Virus record (IMG/VR): IMGVR_UViG_3300042904_000308
Location: 1 to 64,000 of that record
DNA: 64,000 nucleotides
Strand: one strand, 5' to 3'
Source: a virus
The translations under genes were made by a program, and so were the position numbers. The notes under the pieces are model-generated. The model saw nothing but the letters and a program-made list of their open reading frames with translations, had not been told where the DNA came from and did not search any database. Shown here one piece after another: positions 27,622 through 36,439 of this stretch (its first letter is position 1; each line of letters starts with the position of its first letter).

Positions 27622-27914
27622 TACTGTGTGTTCGCCATCCTTCCAACATTCAGATCAATGTGATAGATCGCCTTCGCAAACAAGTTCGTCCGCGCCTTCT
27701 TGTTCGTCTCGCCCGATGCCGCCACCTTGCAGAGCTCGAAGTTGGTATTGAGGTCGGCGGTCCAGACCTCGAACTGAATCACGTACGGCATCTCTTTCGA
27801 TCCCTGGTTCGAGGTCATCAGTCGCCACTTCAAGGGAATGCGTTTTCCCCTGAAGGGCTTGCTGCGGCGAATGTAGGTCAGCAGTGCTTCAATCTCTTGC
27901 TCGGTGAGGCCCAC
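27621..27914 (-). CDS. hypothetical protein
   Basis: Operon packing. Confidence 0.5.
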   Translation of the reverse strand: MGLTEQEIEALLTYIRRSKPFRGKRIPLKWRLMTSNQGSKEMPYVIQFEVWTADLNTNFELCKVAASGETNKKARTNLFAKAIYHIDLNVGRMANTQ

Positions 27915-28195
27915 TAGCGGGAACCCTTCCAGACGATGAACTCCAGAATGTGCTCCCCCTGGTCCACCGTGACCTCGATGGAACCGTCACCGCTGGCGGT
28001 CAGTGTGACGTTCTCCATATCCATGAAGGGCTCGCTATTGAAAAGCACAGAGAGCATCTGGTGCGTGGCTTCTGCCGTCTCTTGCGTGACAGGCACGGCA
28101 TCGTCACCGTCCCAGCCCTCACTGCCGCAGTGCTTCAGCAACTGGATGAGGCGGTCTTCGATCTTACCCATCTGAACAGTAGGAAGTAGCATCAT
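27914..28195 (-). CDS. hypothetical protein
   Basis: GGAG RBS; GWDG.DA.P…DGSI motif seen in a common uncharacterised family. Confidence 0.55.
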   Translation of the reverse strand: MMLLPTVQMGKIEDRLIQLLKHCGSEGWDGDDAVPVTQETAEATHQMLSVLFNSEPFMDMENVTLTASGDGSIEVTVDQGEHILEFIVWKGSR

Positions 28196-28425
28196 TCTCC
28201 GAATATCCTCTTAGCGTCTGCTTCCGCGATCTTGCGACCGCAGTCATCACAATACCCTAGCAAATTACCCTCTTCATCGACAAACCCCTGAACGTAGTTC
28301 GCCTTCTCGATCACCTGCTTTCTGCATACGCGGCACATGAACACGGCTCTGCCGCTCGGGAACACGCGAGTCTCAATGCTTTCCAAACGGAAACTCCACC
28401 CTTTCTCCGCAGACGGAACACTCAC
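28192..28425 (-). CDS. zinc-finger protein (start uncertain)
   Basis: CRVC … CDDC. Confidence 0.5.
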   Translation of the reverse strand: MSVPSAEKGWSFRLESIETRVFPSGRAVFMCRVCRKQVIEKANYVQGFVDEEGNLLGYCDDCGRKIAEADAKRIFGE

Positions 28426-28513
28426 TCACACAACCTGCGGTGTAGCACTCTCCCTCCCAGGCATGAAGACCAAGAAAACACAGCAGCCGACGCTTTAGCT
28501 CAAAAAACACCAC
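28373..28513 (-). CDS. small Cys/His phage protein (DUF1660-like)
   Basis: LLC..GLH.W…CSVCG; GAGG RBS. Confidence 0.5.
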   Translation of the reverse strand: MVFFELKRRLLCFLGLHAWEGECYTAGCVSECSVCGERVEFPFGKH

Positions 28514-28523
28514 GGCTTTCCTC

Positions 28524-29468
28524 TTATTCGTTGAACCCTGCAGCCAGCTCGTCGACGTGCTCCATGACATAGATCAGGTCATCGATGAAGAGCGGCTCCT
28601 CGATGCACTCGGTACTTGCTTCGGGATCGATATACGCATAGAAGTCGACCCACGAGCAGTGCATGTTGATCGGCAGCTGCACGCCGTCGATAAACCCTGT
28701 GCCCATGCCATCCAGCACCGCGACCATCGGCAGGTAGTTATAGGAGAGCAGAATCTCCTGCAGCTTTTCCTCATCGCCTGTCCAGCGTCGGATCGTCTTG
28801 TCTCGTTGGGCCTGCTCGAACGGCGTGTCGTAGATTGCCTCGGTCAGCTTCTGAAACTGAGCATCGTCGCCGCTTTCCATCGCCTCATACCACGCGGCGG
28901 CATACATCATGTCCCGCATCTCCGCGACGACTGCCGCAAACGCCAGCCTGTTGCCCTTATTCGCCAGCGACGAGAGCAGCTCGACCGTCACCAGCTGGGC
29001 CGATACCTCACTGTCGTAGTACGACGTGTTCATGCAGATGCCCTGCGCGTGGGCCAGCTCGTGAACCAGCGTCGAGAGCGAGCCCAGGTCGCCATTCAGG
29101 GATGAGGCGGGATTCGCGTAGCGAGCATTCAGGGTGATGTCAAGCGATAGGCAGTTCGCACGACCGAGAATATGGTTGTGCTCATATCCTGTCCTGTAGA
29201 ACTCGAACTCCACGCTCTTGGGGTAGTACACCAGACTTTCCATCGAGACGCCCTCGTAGGAGAACATCGGAATGACTTCGCTGACCCACTGGCTGATTTC
29301 CTCATCAGTCGACGGGCCTGCCAGCTCGTCGCCGTCGATCTGATCGTACGCCTGATCAAATTGCAATGCGTAATCCGCGAAGCTCGTCGGCTGTGGTGCG
29401 TTCGCCTGGACAGTAGTAGGAAATAGACTGGCAATCATCAAGACCAGCCCCAACATTAATATCTTCAC
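28524..29468 (-). CDS. secreted zincin-like metallopeptidase
   Basis: Signal peptide (…TVQA|N); TLVHELAH plus a downstream E. Confidence 0.6.
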   Translation of the reverse strand: MKILMLGLVLMIASLFPTTVQANAPQPTSFADYALQFDQAYDQIDGDELAGPSTDEEISQWVSEVIPMFSYEGVSMESLVYYPKSVEFEFYRTGYEHNHILGRANCLSLDITLNARYANPASSLNGDLGSLSTLVHELAHAQGICMNTSYYDSEVSAQLVTVELLSSLANKGNRLAFAAVVAEMRDMMYAAAWYEAMESGDDAQFQKLTEAIYDTPFEQAQRDKTIRRWTGDEEKLQEILLSYNYLPMVAVLDGMGTGFIDGVQLPINMHCSWVDFYAYIDPEASTECIEEPLFIDDLIYVMEHVDELAAGFNE

Positions 29469-30030
29469 TGTATGGTGTCCCTATAACCTTATCTACTCGA
29501 AATGCCCTGTCGATTAGGATGTTCTCAGGATTAATTGCTATGCCACTCGGGTACTCCGCTGTCGGAGCCTGACGTCGTTCGAAGTGCAAGTGAGGCCCAC
29601 TTCCCGCTGTTCCACTTATTCCGAGTTGCTCGCCTCGCTCGACCGACTGACCCGTTTCCACGATGAATTCGCTCAGGTGTCCGTAGATATGCAGTTCGCC
29701 TGCGTAACGTCCCTCAACGATACGAACGGCGACATAGATGGGCCAGTACGAGTCCGACCAGCCTGCAAACTCCACGACACCACTCACCGCAGCGTAGACA
29801 GGCTCGAAGGTCGCCTCGATGTCCACGCCTGGGTGCGTGCAGTAGTCCAGCCCGACTGACTCAGCGTAGAGATACCAGTCGCACGACATCCCGTTCGGGA
29901 CACCGTGCTCGGACCAGACTTGACGCTCTCCCCCGAGAACGGTCGGGACAGGGATGGTGCGAGCGCTGACGCCCACGATCCCCGTCCCGAGCGCTATAAC
30001 GAGCGCCAGTAACAGTATTCGCTTGATCAT
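29356..30030 (-). CDS. secreted M23 family peptidase
   Basis: Signal peptide; HPGVD, YGHL, GPHLHFE. Confidence 0.85.
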   Translation of the reverse strand: MIKRILLLALVIALGTGIVGVSARTIPVPTVLGGERQVWSEHGVPNGMSCDWYLYAESVGLDYCTHPGVDIEATFEPVYAAVSGVVEFAGWSDSYWPIYVAVRIVEGRYAGELHIYGHLSEFIVETGQSVERGEQLGISGTAGSGPHLHFERRQAPTAEYPSGIAINPENILIDRAFRVDKVIGTPYSEDINVGAGLDDCQSISYYCPGERTTADELRGLRIAI

Positions 30031-30074
30031 ATAGTAACTACCGAATGGGCAGGCTTGCGGCTGTCCTGCCTTCC

Positions 30075-30356
30075 TTATCCTTTCTCTATTTCAGTCAAAT
30101 CCCAGCCGAAGTCGTGCAGGTGACGCAGAGCGATTTCTACATCAACGTCCAGCACCAATCCCTGGCGCGTTTGCATTGCCTCGGCCAGCACAGCAGCCTT
30201 GCGGGAGAACTGCTCTTGTCTGTCGTGTGCTGCTATTGCTCTTTGAATGTTTTGTGAGATACCAGCAGTGTACTCCGTGCCGCATGCCCATAATGCCGTC
30301 GCGACACACACCCAGTCATCTCGTGAAAGACTTACCGAAATCTGTTCGTTCATCAC
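30075..30356 (-). CDS. hypothetical protein
   Basis: 93 aa; operon packing. Confidence 0.5.
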   Translation of the reverse strand: MMNEQISVSLSRDDWVCVATALWACGTEYTAGISQNIQRAIAAHDRQEQFSRKAAVLAEAMQTRQGLVLDVDVEIALRHLHDFGWDLTEIEKG

Positions 30357-30363
30357 CCTCGCT

Positions 30364-31545
30364 CTAACTCAGGAAGGCCGTCGCAGACCATCCCGTTCCA
30401 TATGCCGTCGTGAGCTTTGCCCACGTGTATCCGTCAGCCGTGACGCGAGCCGACTGATCGACCTCGGTGACTGACGTGCCTGCAGGAAGCGTGGCAATGG
30501 CCGACGCGCTCAGTGACGGACTGCTGCGTAAGCGCAGGTTGGCGGTCGTCGTCCACTCCCCTTCCACTGCAGGCGCTGTGGGAGGCTCAGGAGATGAGCC
30601 AGATAGGAAATCGACGGCGATGTAGCCGTTGGTGCCGTTCGCATTCACGCGCAGCCACGCATACCCGTCTGCGGCTGAATCGCCGCCGAGCGACGTCACT
30701 GACACGCCGCTATCGAGCGTGGTGAGGATGGCATAGGAGAGCCCTGGCCCCGACCGCAGATTGACCCGAGCGGTCGTGTAGTACTCCGCCTGTGCAGGCA
30801 CGTCATCTCCCTCGTCGTTTGGCTCGCCGTTTTCATATCCAGCAAGGTACAGTGACGCCGACCAGCCGAGGCCATATCGCGTCTCGATCTGCCACCACTC
30901 GTAGCCGTCAGCCCATCGAATCTCGCCAGTCGCCGTGTAGCCATCACCTGCATAGAGCGTGGCGATCCTCGCCGCACTGGTTGTCGCATCCTCGCGGAAT
31001 TGCACCGATCCAACAGCGCGAGACTCGAAGTCATCCGCTGGAGAACCTGAGCCTCCCTCAGCGCAGGACGGCGTACTCGCGTTGCCGAAGTGCATGGTGT
31101 AAACGTTGTGATAGCTGTCGCTGCTCGTCGCGTAGCCAATACCAACTTCGGTGTAGAGCGTGCCGAGCATGTTGTCGAAGTGGTCAGGCGAGTCTCGCCA
31201 CCACGTGAAGGCATCCCAGGTCGTTTCAGCTCCCCACAGAATGTTCTCTCCCCAGCCAGGAGAGCTCGGGGGATACCCAGCGGCCACCTTGAACGTCTCA
31301 GGCGACATGCTGCCATACCAGTGCGAGAAGTAGTGGTTGTCGATCATGTGCTGTGACTTTGCTCGTGCGCTGTCGTTCAGGATGCACGAGAAACGAAGTG
31401 GGGGCCGTCCGTAGTCGGCCCTCAGCTCGTTCATGTACTGATACATCTCCAGCTCTTGGGAGTTTGGATTCGTCGCTTCTGCCGTACCAGCAAGAGAGAG
31501 TAGACTTGCAATCACAATAAGGATCGCCATTAGGGTTTTCTTCAT
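30364..31545 (-). CDS. secreted CAP/SCP-domain protein with three SH3b-like repeats
   Basis: Signal peptide; NELR…YFSH…GENI…W.DSP.H..NML…VGIG; repeats NLRSGPG/RLRSSPS…ADGY.W. Confidence 0.85.
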   Translation of the reverse strand: MKKTLMAILIVIASLLSLAGTAEATNPNSQELEMYQYMNELRADYGRPPLRFSCILNDSARAKSQHMIDNHYFSHWYGSMSPETFKVAAGYPPSSPGWGENILWGAETTWDAFTWWRDSPDHFDNMLGTLYTEVGIGYATSSDSYHNVYTMHFGNASTPSCAEGGSGSPADDFESRAVGSVQFREDATTSAARIATLYAGDGYTATGEIRWADGYEWWQIETRYGLGWSASLYLAGYENGEPNDEGDDVPAQAEYYTTARVNLRSGPGLSYAILTTLDSGVSVTSLGGDSAADGYAWLRVNANGTNGYIAVDFLSGSSPEPPTAPAVEGEWTTTANLRLRSSPSLSASAIATLPAGTSVTEVDQSARVTADGYTWAKLTTAYGTGWSATAFLS

Positions 31546-31592
31546 ATAACCACCAGTTGCAGGATCGCTGTGCCCTGCTTACATTTCCTTTC

Positions 31593-32120
31593 TTACTGTG
31601 ATTGGATTTCCTTCAACAGCTTAATCAGAGCCTCGGCGTTGCCTTGCGCGTCGGCCAGCGCGTTGTGCTTATGTGGCGTATCTCGAAGGCTATGCACCGT
31701 AGAGCGCATGTTGCGGCGGACACCCTTCACAAAGGATGTGAGCGAGAAACAGGAGAAGCCCAGGGGGTTGGAGCCAAGGAAGCGGTGACAGTACCAGCAC
31801 ACAAACATCCAGTCAAAACCAGCGTTGTCTGCCACCATCCAACGCCGCTCGCCTTCAGGCGTGACGCGATCCAGCCATTCCGCGAAGTCCTGCATAGCGG
31901 TGCGAGGATGGCGACCGTGGTTGATCGTGTCCTCTCTCGTGCGTCCAATCGCGTTCAGTGCGCCGACGGTATAGTTGTCCGAGATAGGCGCGATCAGTCG
32001 ATCAAAGGTGCCCACGGTCTTCAGCGTGTTCGAATCGACGGCGACCGCGCCGAGCTCTACCATGCTGTAGAGCCCAGGCGCGGGACCGTCTGCTTCAATG
32101 TCAACGACGATGTAGATCAT
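31593..32120 (-). CDS. DEDDh 3'-5' exoribonuclease (RNase AS/Rv2179c-like)
   Basis: DIEADGP.PG.YSM, N.GFDW, HNALADA. Confidence 0.8.
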   Translation of the reverse strand: MIYIVVDIEADGPAPGLYSMVELGAVAVDSNTLKTVGTFDRLIAPISDNYTVGALNAIGRTREDTINHGRHPRTAMQDFAEWLDRVTPEGERRWMVADNAGFDWMFVCWYCHRFLGSNPLGFSCFSLTSFVKGVRRNMRSTVHSLRDTPHKHNALADAQGNAEALIKLLKEIQSQ

Positions 32121-32347
32121 TCAGTAGACGCCTCCGTCGATTTCTGCTCCCGTGGAAACTGCCCTGGGATGCCGAAATACCCCTGCATAAACGCCAGTGA
32201 CCCGTAGATAGTCTCGGCCCACATCTGCGCTTCGCTCAACGACCCAGCTGTCATGATGGCGTTGACCTTTTCGTAAATCTGGCGATTCACCTGAATCGCC
32301 ACGTCCCTTGACACGTCTTTATGGGACGTCCTTCTCCGAAACAGCAC
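32117..32347 (-). CDS. hypothetical protein
   Basis: Operon packing. Confidence 0.5.
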   Translation of the reverse strand: MLFRRRTSHKDVSRDVAIQVNRQIYEKVNAIMTAGSLSEAQMWAETIYGSLAFMQGYFGIPGQFPREQKSTEASTE

Positions 32348-32581
32348 CTATACCTCCTCGGCACGCATGCCATGAATGAAGTCATACGGAGACGTTCGAG
32401 CATCGGCAGGAATATCTCCCAACGCGACGAACAGTCTGTTCATTTCCCACGGAGGAAGATTGAGGCTCAGCAGAAAGTTCGCCATGATACCGATCCTGTC
32501 CCGTACCTTGCTGTCAATTCTCTCCGTCATCTCTCGGTACTGATCCTCAGTCAGTCTGATCGTGATGTCAGTTCTCGCCAT
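32348..32581 (-). CDS. hypothetical protein
   Basis: GGAGG RBS. Confidence 0.55.
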   Translation of the reverse strand: MARTDITIRLTEDQYREMTERIDSKVRDRIGIMANFLLSLNLPPWEMNRLFVALGDIPADARTSPYDFIHGMRAEEV

Positions 32582-33499
32582 TTAGACCTCCTGCAGCACA
32601 CGCTGCGCGATGAGCTTGTTGATCGGTTTCCAGTACGCCTTGAAGAGCATTTCCTTGATCAGTTCGCTCTCTTCCTCATGCACATCCTTCGCCACGAGGG
32701 GGATCAGGTTGTGGGGCTTTCGAATATCCTTCCCCATCTCCTCTGCACGCTGCGCAGCCTTCCGAATCCTCGCCTCGGTGACGACGGAATCGACGATCAC
32801 GGCCAGCGGATCGACCGCCGTCTTCAGCGACGTGCGTGGCGCTTTCACTTCCTGATAATCCTCACGCACACACTTCGCGGCAAGCATTGTCTCGGTGTAG
32901 TAGATCATCTCGTCGTCACTGGCGCGGCGATACCAGCATTTGATGTCGCCGTACGCCTTGACCACGACGCCCTCCATCGTGACGCTGTTGTCGATGCCGC
33001 TCTCCTGTATGAGGCTCTGTACGTGCTCGATGTTGCGGAACGGGCCGCGATACAGGTAGGGCAGGTAGTCGATCTTGAATCGTTGAGCGAGCTCGATCAG
33101 TTCGTCGGGAGCTAGATATCGTTCCTCAGACGACACGTACACATCGAAGAGAATGAAGTCAGGCGCACCCTCGTACCTGAGCTTCCCATTCCCGATCATC
33201 TCGCCGTAGAGCACCACAGGCGTCTGGAAGGTCTGATACAGCTGATCAAACACGCCAGACAGCGCACGCACCCGACACCAGTCGAACACCTTCGAGAACA
33301 TACCAGCGTTATCAGCACTCAGGGTCTGGTTTCGTGACTGCACACCCCAGGTGCCAGCTTCGCAGACGTGAATCCCGACGTTACTCCCGTCAATCTTCTC
33401 CTGAATGACAACATCGTGGTTTGCGTAGAACTCCTGACACTTGTCAATGCGCTCGATCTTCGGATATTTGAGTAGCTCTACTGCGAGACATTGCGTCAC
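32582..33499 (-). CDS. RNA ligase, Rnl2-like
   Basis: YPKI, EKIDGSN, LYGE, FILFDV, EGVVVK nucleotidyltransferase motifs plus a helical C-domain. Confidence 0.8.
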   Translation of the reverse strand: MTQCLAVELLKYPKIERIDKCQEFYANHDVVIQEKIDGSNVGIHVCEAGTWGVQSRNQTLSADNAGMFSKVFDWCRVRALSGVFDQLYQTFQTPVVLYGEMIGNGKLRYEGAPDFILFDVYVSSEERYLAPDELIELAQRFKIDYLPYLYRGPFRNIEHVQSLIQESGIDNSVTMEGVVVKAYGDIKCWYRRASDDEMIYYTETMLAAKCVREDYQEVKAPRTSLKTAVDPLAVIVDSVVTEARIRKAAQRAEEMGKDIRKPHNLIPLVAKDVHEEESELIKEMLFKAYWKPINKLIAQRVLQEV

Positions 33500-33750
33500 A
33501 TCACTACCTCCTCACTATTAATATCGTCACAAGGTGCTTGAAACTTATCCTTTTCAACGCAGGTGTGAAAAATGGTCACGACAACCAGTAGTGCCACGAC
33601 TCCCTGCCACGTAAAATCGAAGGGGTACTGGAACGAGAGCACAAACCAGCCAGCATGAAAGAGCAGCAGGGCATAAATGCCGCGCAACATCAGCAGCATG
33701 GTGGACTCGATTACGTAAAGTAGTTCTTCCTCAGTCATTCCGTCACTCAT
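33496..33750 (-). CDS. small membrane protein
   Basis: Two hydrophobic segments. Confidence 0.45.
   Translation of the reverse strand: MSDGMTEEELLYVIESTMLLMLRGIYALLLFHAGWFVLSFQYPFDFTWQGVVALLVVVTIFHTCVEKDKFQAPCDDINSEEVVM
33508..33546 (-). promoter_or_regulatory. conserved phage element, copy 1 (probable promoter/operator)
   Basis: AAGTTTCAAGCACCTTGTGACGATATTAATAGTGAGGAG on the minus strand. Confidence 0.75.
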
Positions 33751-33751
33751 G

Positions 33752-34633
33752 CTAGAACTCAATCCCATCCCCGACGTCGAACACAGGGAGGCCCAGCTCA
33801 TAGCGCCACATGCGGATCACCTGAGGACGATCATCGATAATGCCCTTGACGTTGTATCTTCCTTCTATATGGTTCTCGAACAGCGCACGCTTCACGACGG
33901 AGTCCTTGCGGTTGTCGCCGTCCTGGCGCATGAAGAGGCACTCCCGTCCCTCGTCTTCAGCTACCAGCAGGCCATGCTTCCACAACCACTCCCCCGTCTG
34001 ACGCCTGAATTTGTCGGAGCGACCAGAGAAATAGACGACATTCTCGCCCTGCTTCTTGAGGGTCTTGATGAGGTCCGCAACGTGCAGGTTCAGATCGTCG
34101 TCGAGGCACTTCGCGGTGTCGTACGGGCTGCGGTGGCTGATGTCGGCCAGCGTGCCATCGATGTCACAGAGATAGATACCAGGGCGACCTTCGACGTATG
34201 GTCGAAGCGGCGGCTTCAGGTACTGTCGCCACATCTTCTTGATCACGTCGGCACCGACCGACTCGGCACGCTTCAGATCGCGTTCAATGCAGACCTCAAG
34301 CGGCACGTCTCGGAAATCCACCCTCCGAAAGTCCGCGTTGTAGATGCCAGCGATCCGCCGCAGGGCTACTTCGTGACTGGGATCGAAGTTCGTGTCATCC
34401 ACGATGACGTCGCAGCCATCAGCAAGCGCAATCCCAACGGTGAAATCTCGCAAGGTGACAATGAATTTCTCGTTCTTCTTCGACCAGACGCCCCCATCGA
34501 CCATTGCCCGAAGCGAGTCCTTGTTGACCCGCTTCACTTTGCCCTTGCTCTTCCGCACCTGCTCCAAGGCCCAGGTCGATTTGCCTGACCCAGGGAGCCC
34601 AATCGTCATAAACACACACGGCTGCACGATCAC
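33752..34633 (-). CDS. pseT: polynucleotide 5'-kinase / 3'-phosphatase (T4 PseT-like)
   Basis: GLPGSGKST P-loop; HAD motifs DIDGT, SGR, DDR. Confidence 0.92.
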   Translation of the reverse strand: MIVQPCVFMTIGLPGSGKSTWALEQVRKSKGKVKRVNKDSLRAMVDGGVWSKKNEKFIVTLRDFTVGIALADGCDVIVDDTNFDPSHEVALRRIAGIYNADFRRVDFRDVPLEVCIERDLKRAESVGADVIKKMWRQYLKPPLRPYVEGRPGIYLCDIDGTLADISHRSPYDTAKCLDDDLNLHVADLIKTLKKQGENVVYFSGRSDKFRRQTGEWLWKHGLLVAEDEGRECLFMRQDGDNRKDSVVKRALFENHIEGRYNVKGIIDDRPQVIRMWRYELGLPVFDVGDGIEF

Positions 34634-35109
34634 TCCTCCGAGACATCTACATACACAGGGAACGTGGGACCAGGACTCAGTTCAATCTCGCAGACGGTCG
34701 GCTCGTTGTATGCTGCACGTATCCGAATCTCTCGGATGTTGATAACAGGGTTGCCTTCAGCATCAAATATCTTGGTGGTCCTCCCGTCCCGTCCAAGCTC
34801 GATACGGTATCCAGCAAAGACATTCACGTCTTTCTGCTTCTCATCTTCCTTCTTCAACCGCTGGTACTCGCGCTCCTGGTCCGCGATGCGCTCTCGCTCA
34901 CGAACGCGCTCCCGCACTGCGTACGGCACTTCGCTGGTTCCAAACAGTCGTAGACCATTGCAGGAAGGACAGCGGGTGATCAAATTAGAAGGTCCAAAAG
35001 GCTGGCAGGTTAGATCGGCTTCCACGGCTTCAAAGACAGTGCAGCACGTGTTGCATTGAGACTTGCTGCTCCAGTCCAGATGTTGAGGGCAAGGCTTCAA
35101 TACTCTCAT
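34630..35109 (-). CDS. hypothetical zinc-ribbon protein
   Basis: CNTC … CPSC. Confidence 0.5.
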   Translation of the reverse strand: MRVLKPCPQHLDWSSKSQCNTCCTVFEAVEADLTCQPFGPSNLITRCPSCNGLRLFGTSEVPYAVRERVRERERIADQEREYQRLKKEDEKQKDVNVFAGYRIELGRDGRTTKIFDAEGNPVINIREIRIRAAYNEPTVCEIELSPGPTFPVYVDVSEE

Positions 35110-36212
35110 TACGCTACTCCAAACAAAATAGGGACCAGTGCCTGCGCAGGCGACGGTCGAATGTGCTTCCAGATCACCTGATCGTACGGCTTGTTGTCGT
35201 AGTGCAGGAAGCAGGCGGTTCGCAGGTGTGGTGGCAAGTCTTTTACCGAGTCCGCAAACTGTTTGCGCGTCTGTGATCTGCCGACTTTCAGCGGAGCTGT
35301 GGCGCGGTGAAACTCCACCAGCGCGTCGAGCTCGGTCTGTCGGTACTCATCAAGCAGTGCGCTCGATGTTGACTTGATCCACTGCTCGAACTCCTCAGGC
35401 ACGCCTTCCATCAGCTCGTCGAGGTTCTTCCCTTCCGACAGGTACTCCCAAATCACCCGCTCGTTGAGCCCCGTCACGATGCGGTGCAGGCGCACGTACT
35501 CCTCGAATTTGATCTTGACGCGCTCGCCTGTAATGAACCTAATGACGTAGCCCTCCTCATTGAAGAGATTCTTCGTCTTCAGGTGAGCGGCGACATGATC
35601 GAATTCCTGTCCATAGTTGGTGTGTGTCGCCAGCGGCAGCGCCCTGTCGTGCTGCCACTCCGTGACATGCTGTACAGGGATTTCCAGACCCGACGAGGTA
35701 TCGATCTTCGCCAGCAGCACCAGACCGCGATGCTGACCGTAGTCAACGACAATGCGGTTCTCGGGGATGATCAGCTCGAAGCAGTACGTCCAGCCGTCCT
35801 CGACCCACTCGGTGCCGTACTTCTCCAGCAGCATCAGGTTCGCTTCCTGGGCCTGCATGCTGGTGAAGGAGCCTCGGCTGGCGACCAGCACGTGGCCCTC
35901 GAACTTGGTGACGATAATCAGCGAGCCGTCGAACTTCTCATGTACGGTGAATCTGTGGTTCGGCATCGTTCGCCCGAGCCTGGGCAGCTCCTCGTAGTTG
36001 AAGAACTTGCGCAACGGTCGAGCGACAATCGTGCCGTCGCGGGTAACGATCAGGCCTCGACACGACTCGGTTATCTCATCCCAGTGGGCCTCAAATGTCG
36101 TCTTCGGTGTGTAGTTATAAATGAACAGCTCACCCTCATAATTGGGGTGAGTCTGTCGCATCAGATAGCCCTGTTCCAGATAGGCGTCCAAGATTTCTGG
36201 TTGCATCAGCAT
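35109..36212 (-). CDS. RNA ligase 1 (T4 RnlA-like)
   Basis: CRGLI, RP..KFFN, EKFDGSL, SRGSF, FELI.PENRIVV.Y, EGYVI, KIK..EY. Confidence 0.92.
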   Translation of the reverse strand: MLMQPEILDAYLEQGYLMRQTHPNYEGELFIYNYTPKTTFEAHWDEITESCRGLIVTRDGTIVARPLRKFFNYEELPRLGRTMPNHRFTVHEKFDGSLIIVTKFEGHVLVASRGSFTSMQAQEANLMLLEKYGTEWVEDGWTYCFELIIPENRIVVDYGQHRGLVLLAKIDTSSGLEIPVQHVTEWQHDRALPLATHTNYGQEFDHVAAHLKTKNLFNEEGYVIRFITGERVKIKFEEYVRLHRIVTGLNERVIWEYLSEGKNLDELMEGVPEEFEQWIKSTSSALLDEYRQTELDALVEFHRATAPLKVGRSQTRKQFADSVKDLPPHLRTACFLHYDNKPYDQVIWKHIRPSPAQALVPILFGVA

Positions 36213-36439
36213 GTCGCAAGCACGGCGGCTTGCACTTCCTCCTTCGTTCCCCAGTAGTAGGTGTCCCGCATCTCATCAGTCCAGCCGAAACGGCGCAGCT
36301 TCTGATCGCTGGTGAATGAGGCCCAGGTTCGCAGGGCGGTGATCCAGGTCCACGTGGGACCGCTCGGATCATCCCCCTGCCTGATCCTCTCCGCCTCAAC
36401 GGCCTGCTCCAGCTCAGTTACCAGCCTCTTGCTTGCCAT
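36206..36439 (-). CDS. hypothetical protein
   Basis: GGAG RBS. Confidence 0.5.
   Translation of the reverse strand: MASKRLVTELEQAVEAERIRQGDDPSGPTWTWITALRTWASFTSDQKLRRFGWTDEMRDTYYWGTKEEVQAAVLATC

Noticed and set aside
29356-29468. 113-bp overlap between the M23 gene and the zincin gene
   Set aside because: The M23 domain ends before the overlap; most likely a non-functional C-terminal run-on.
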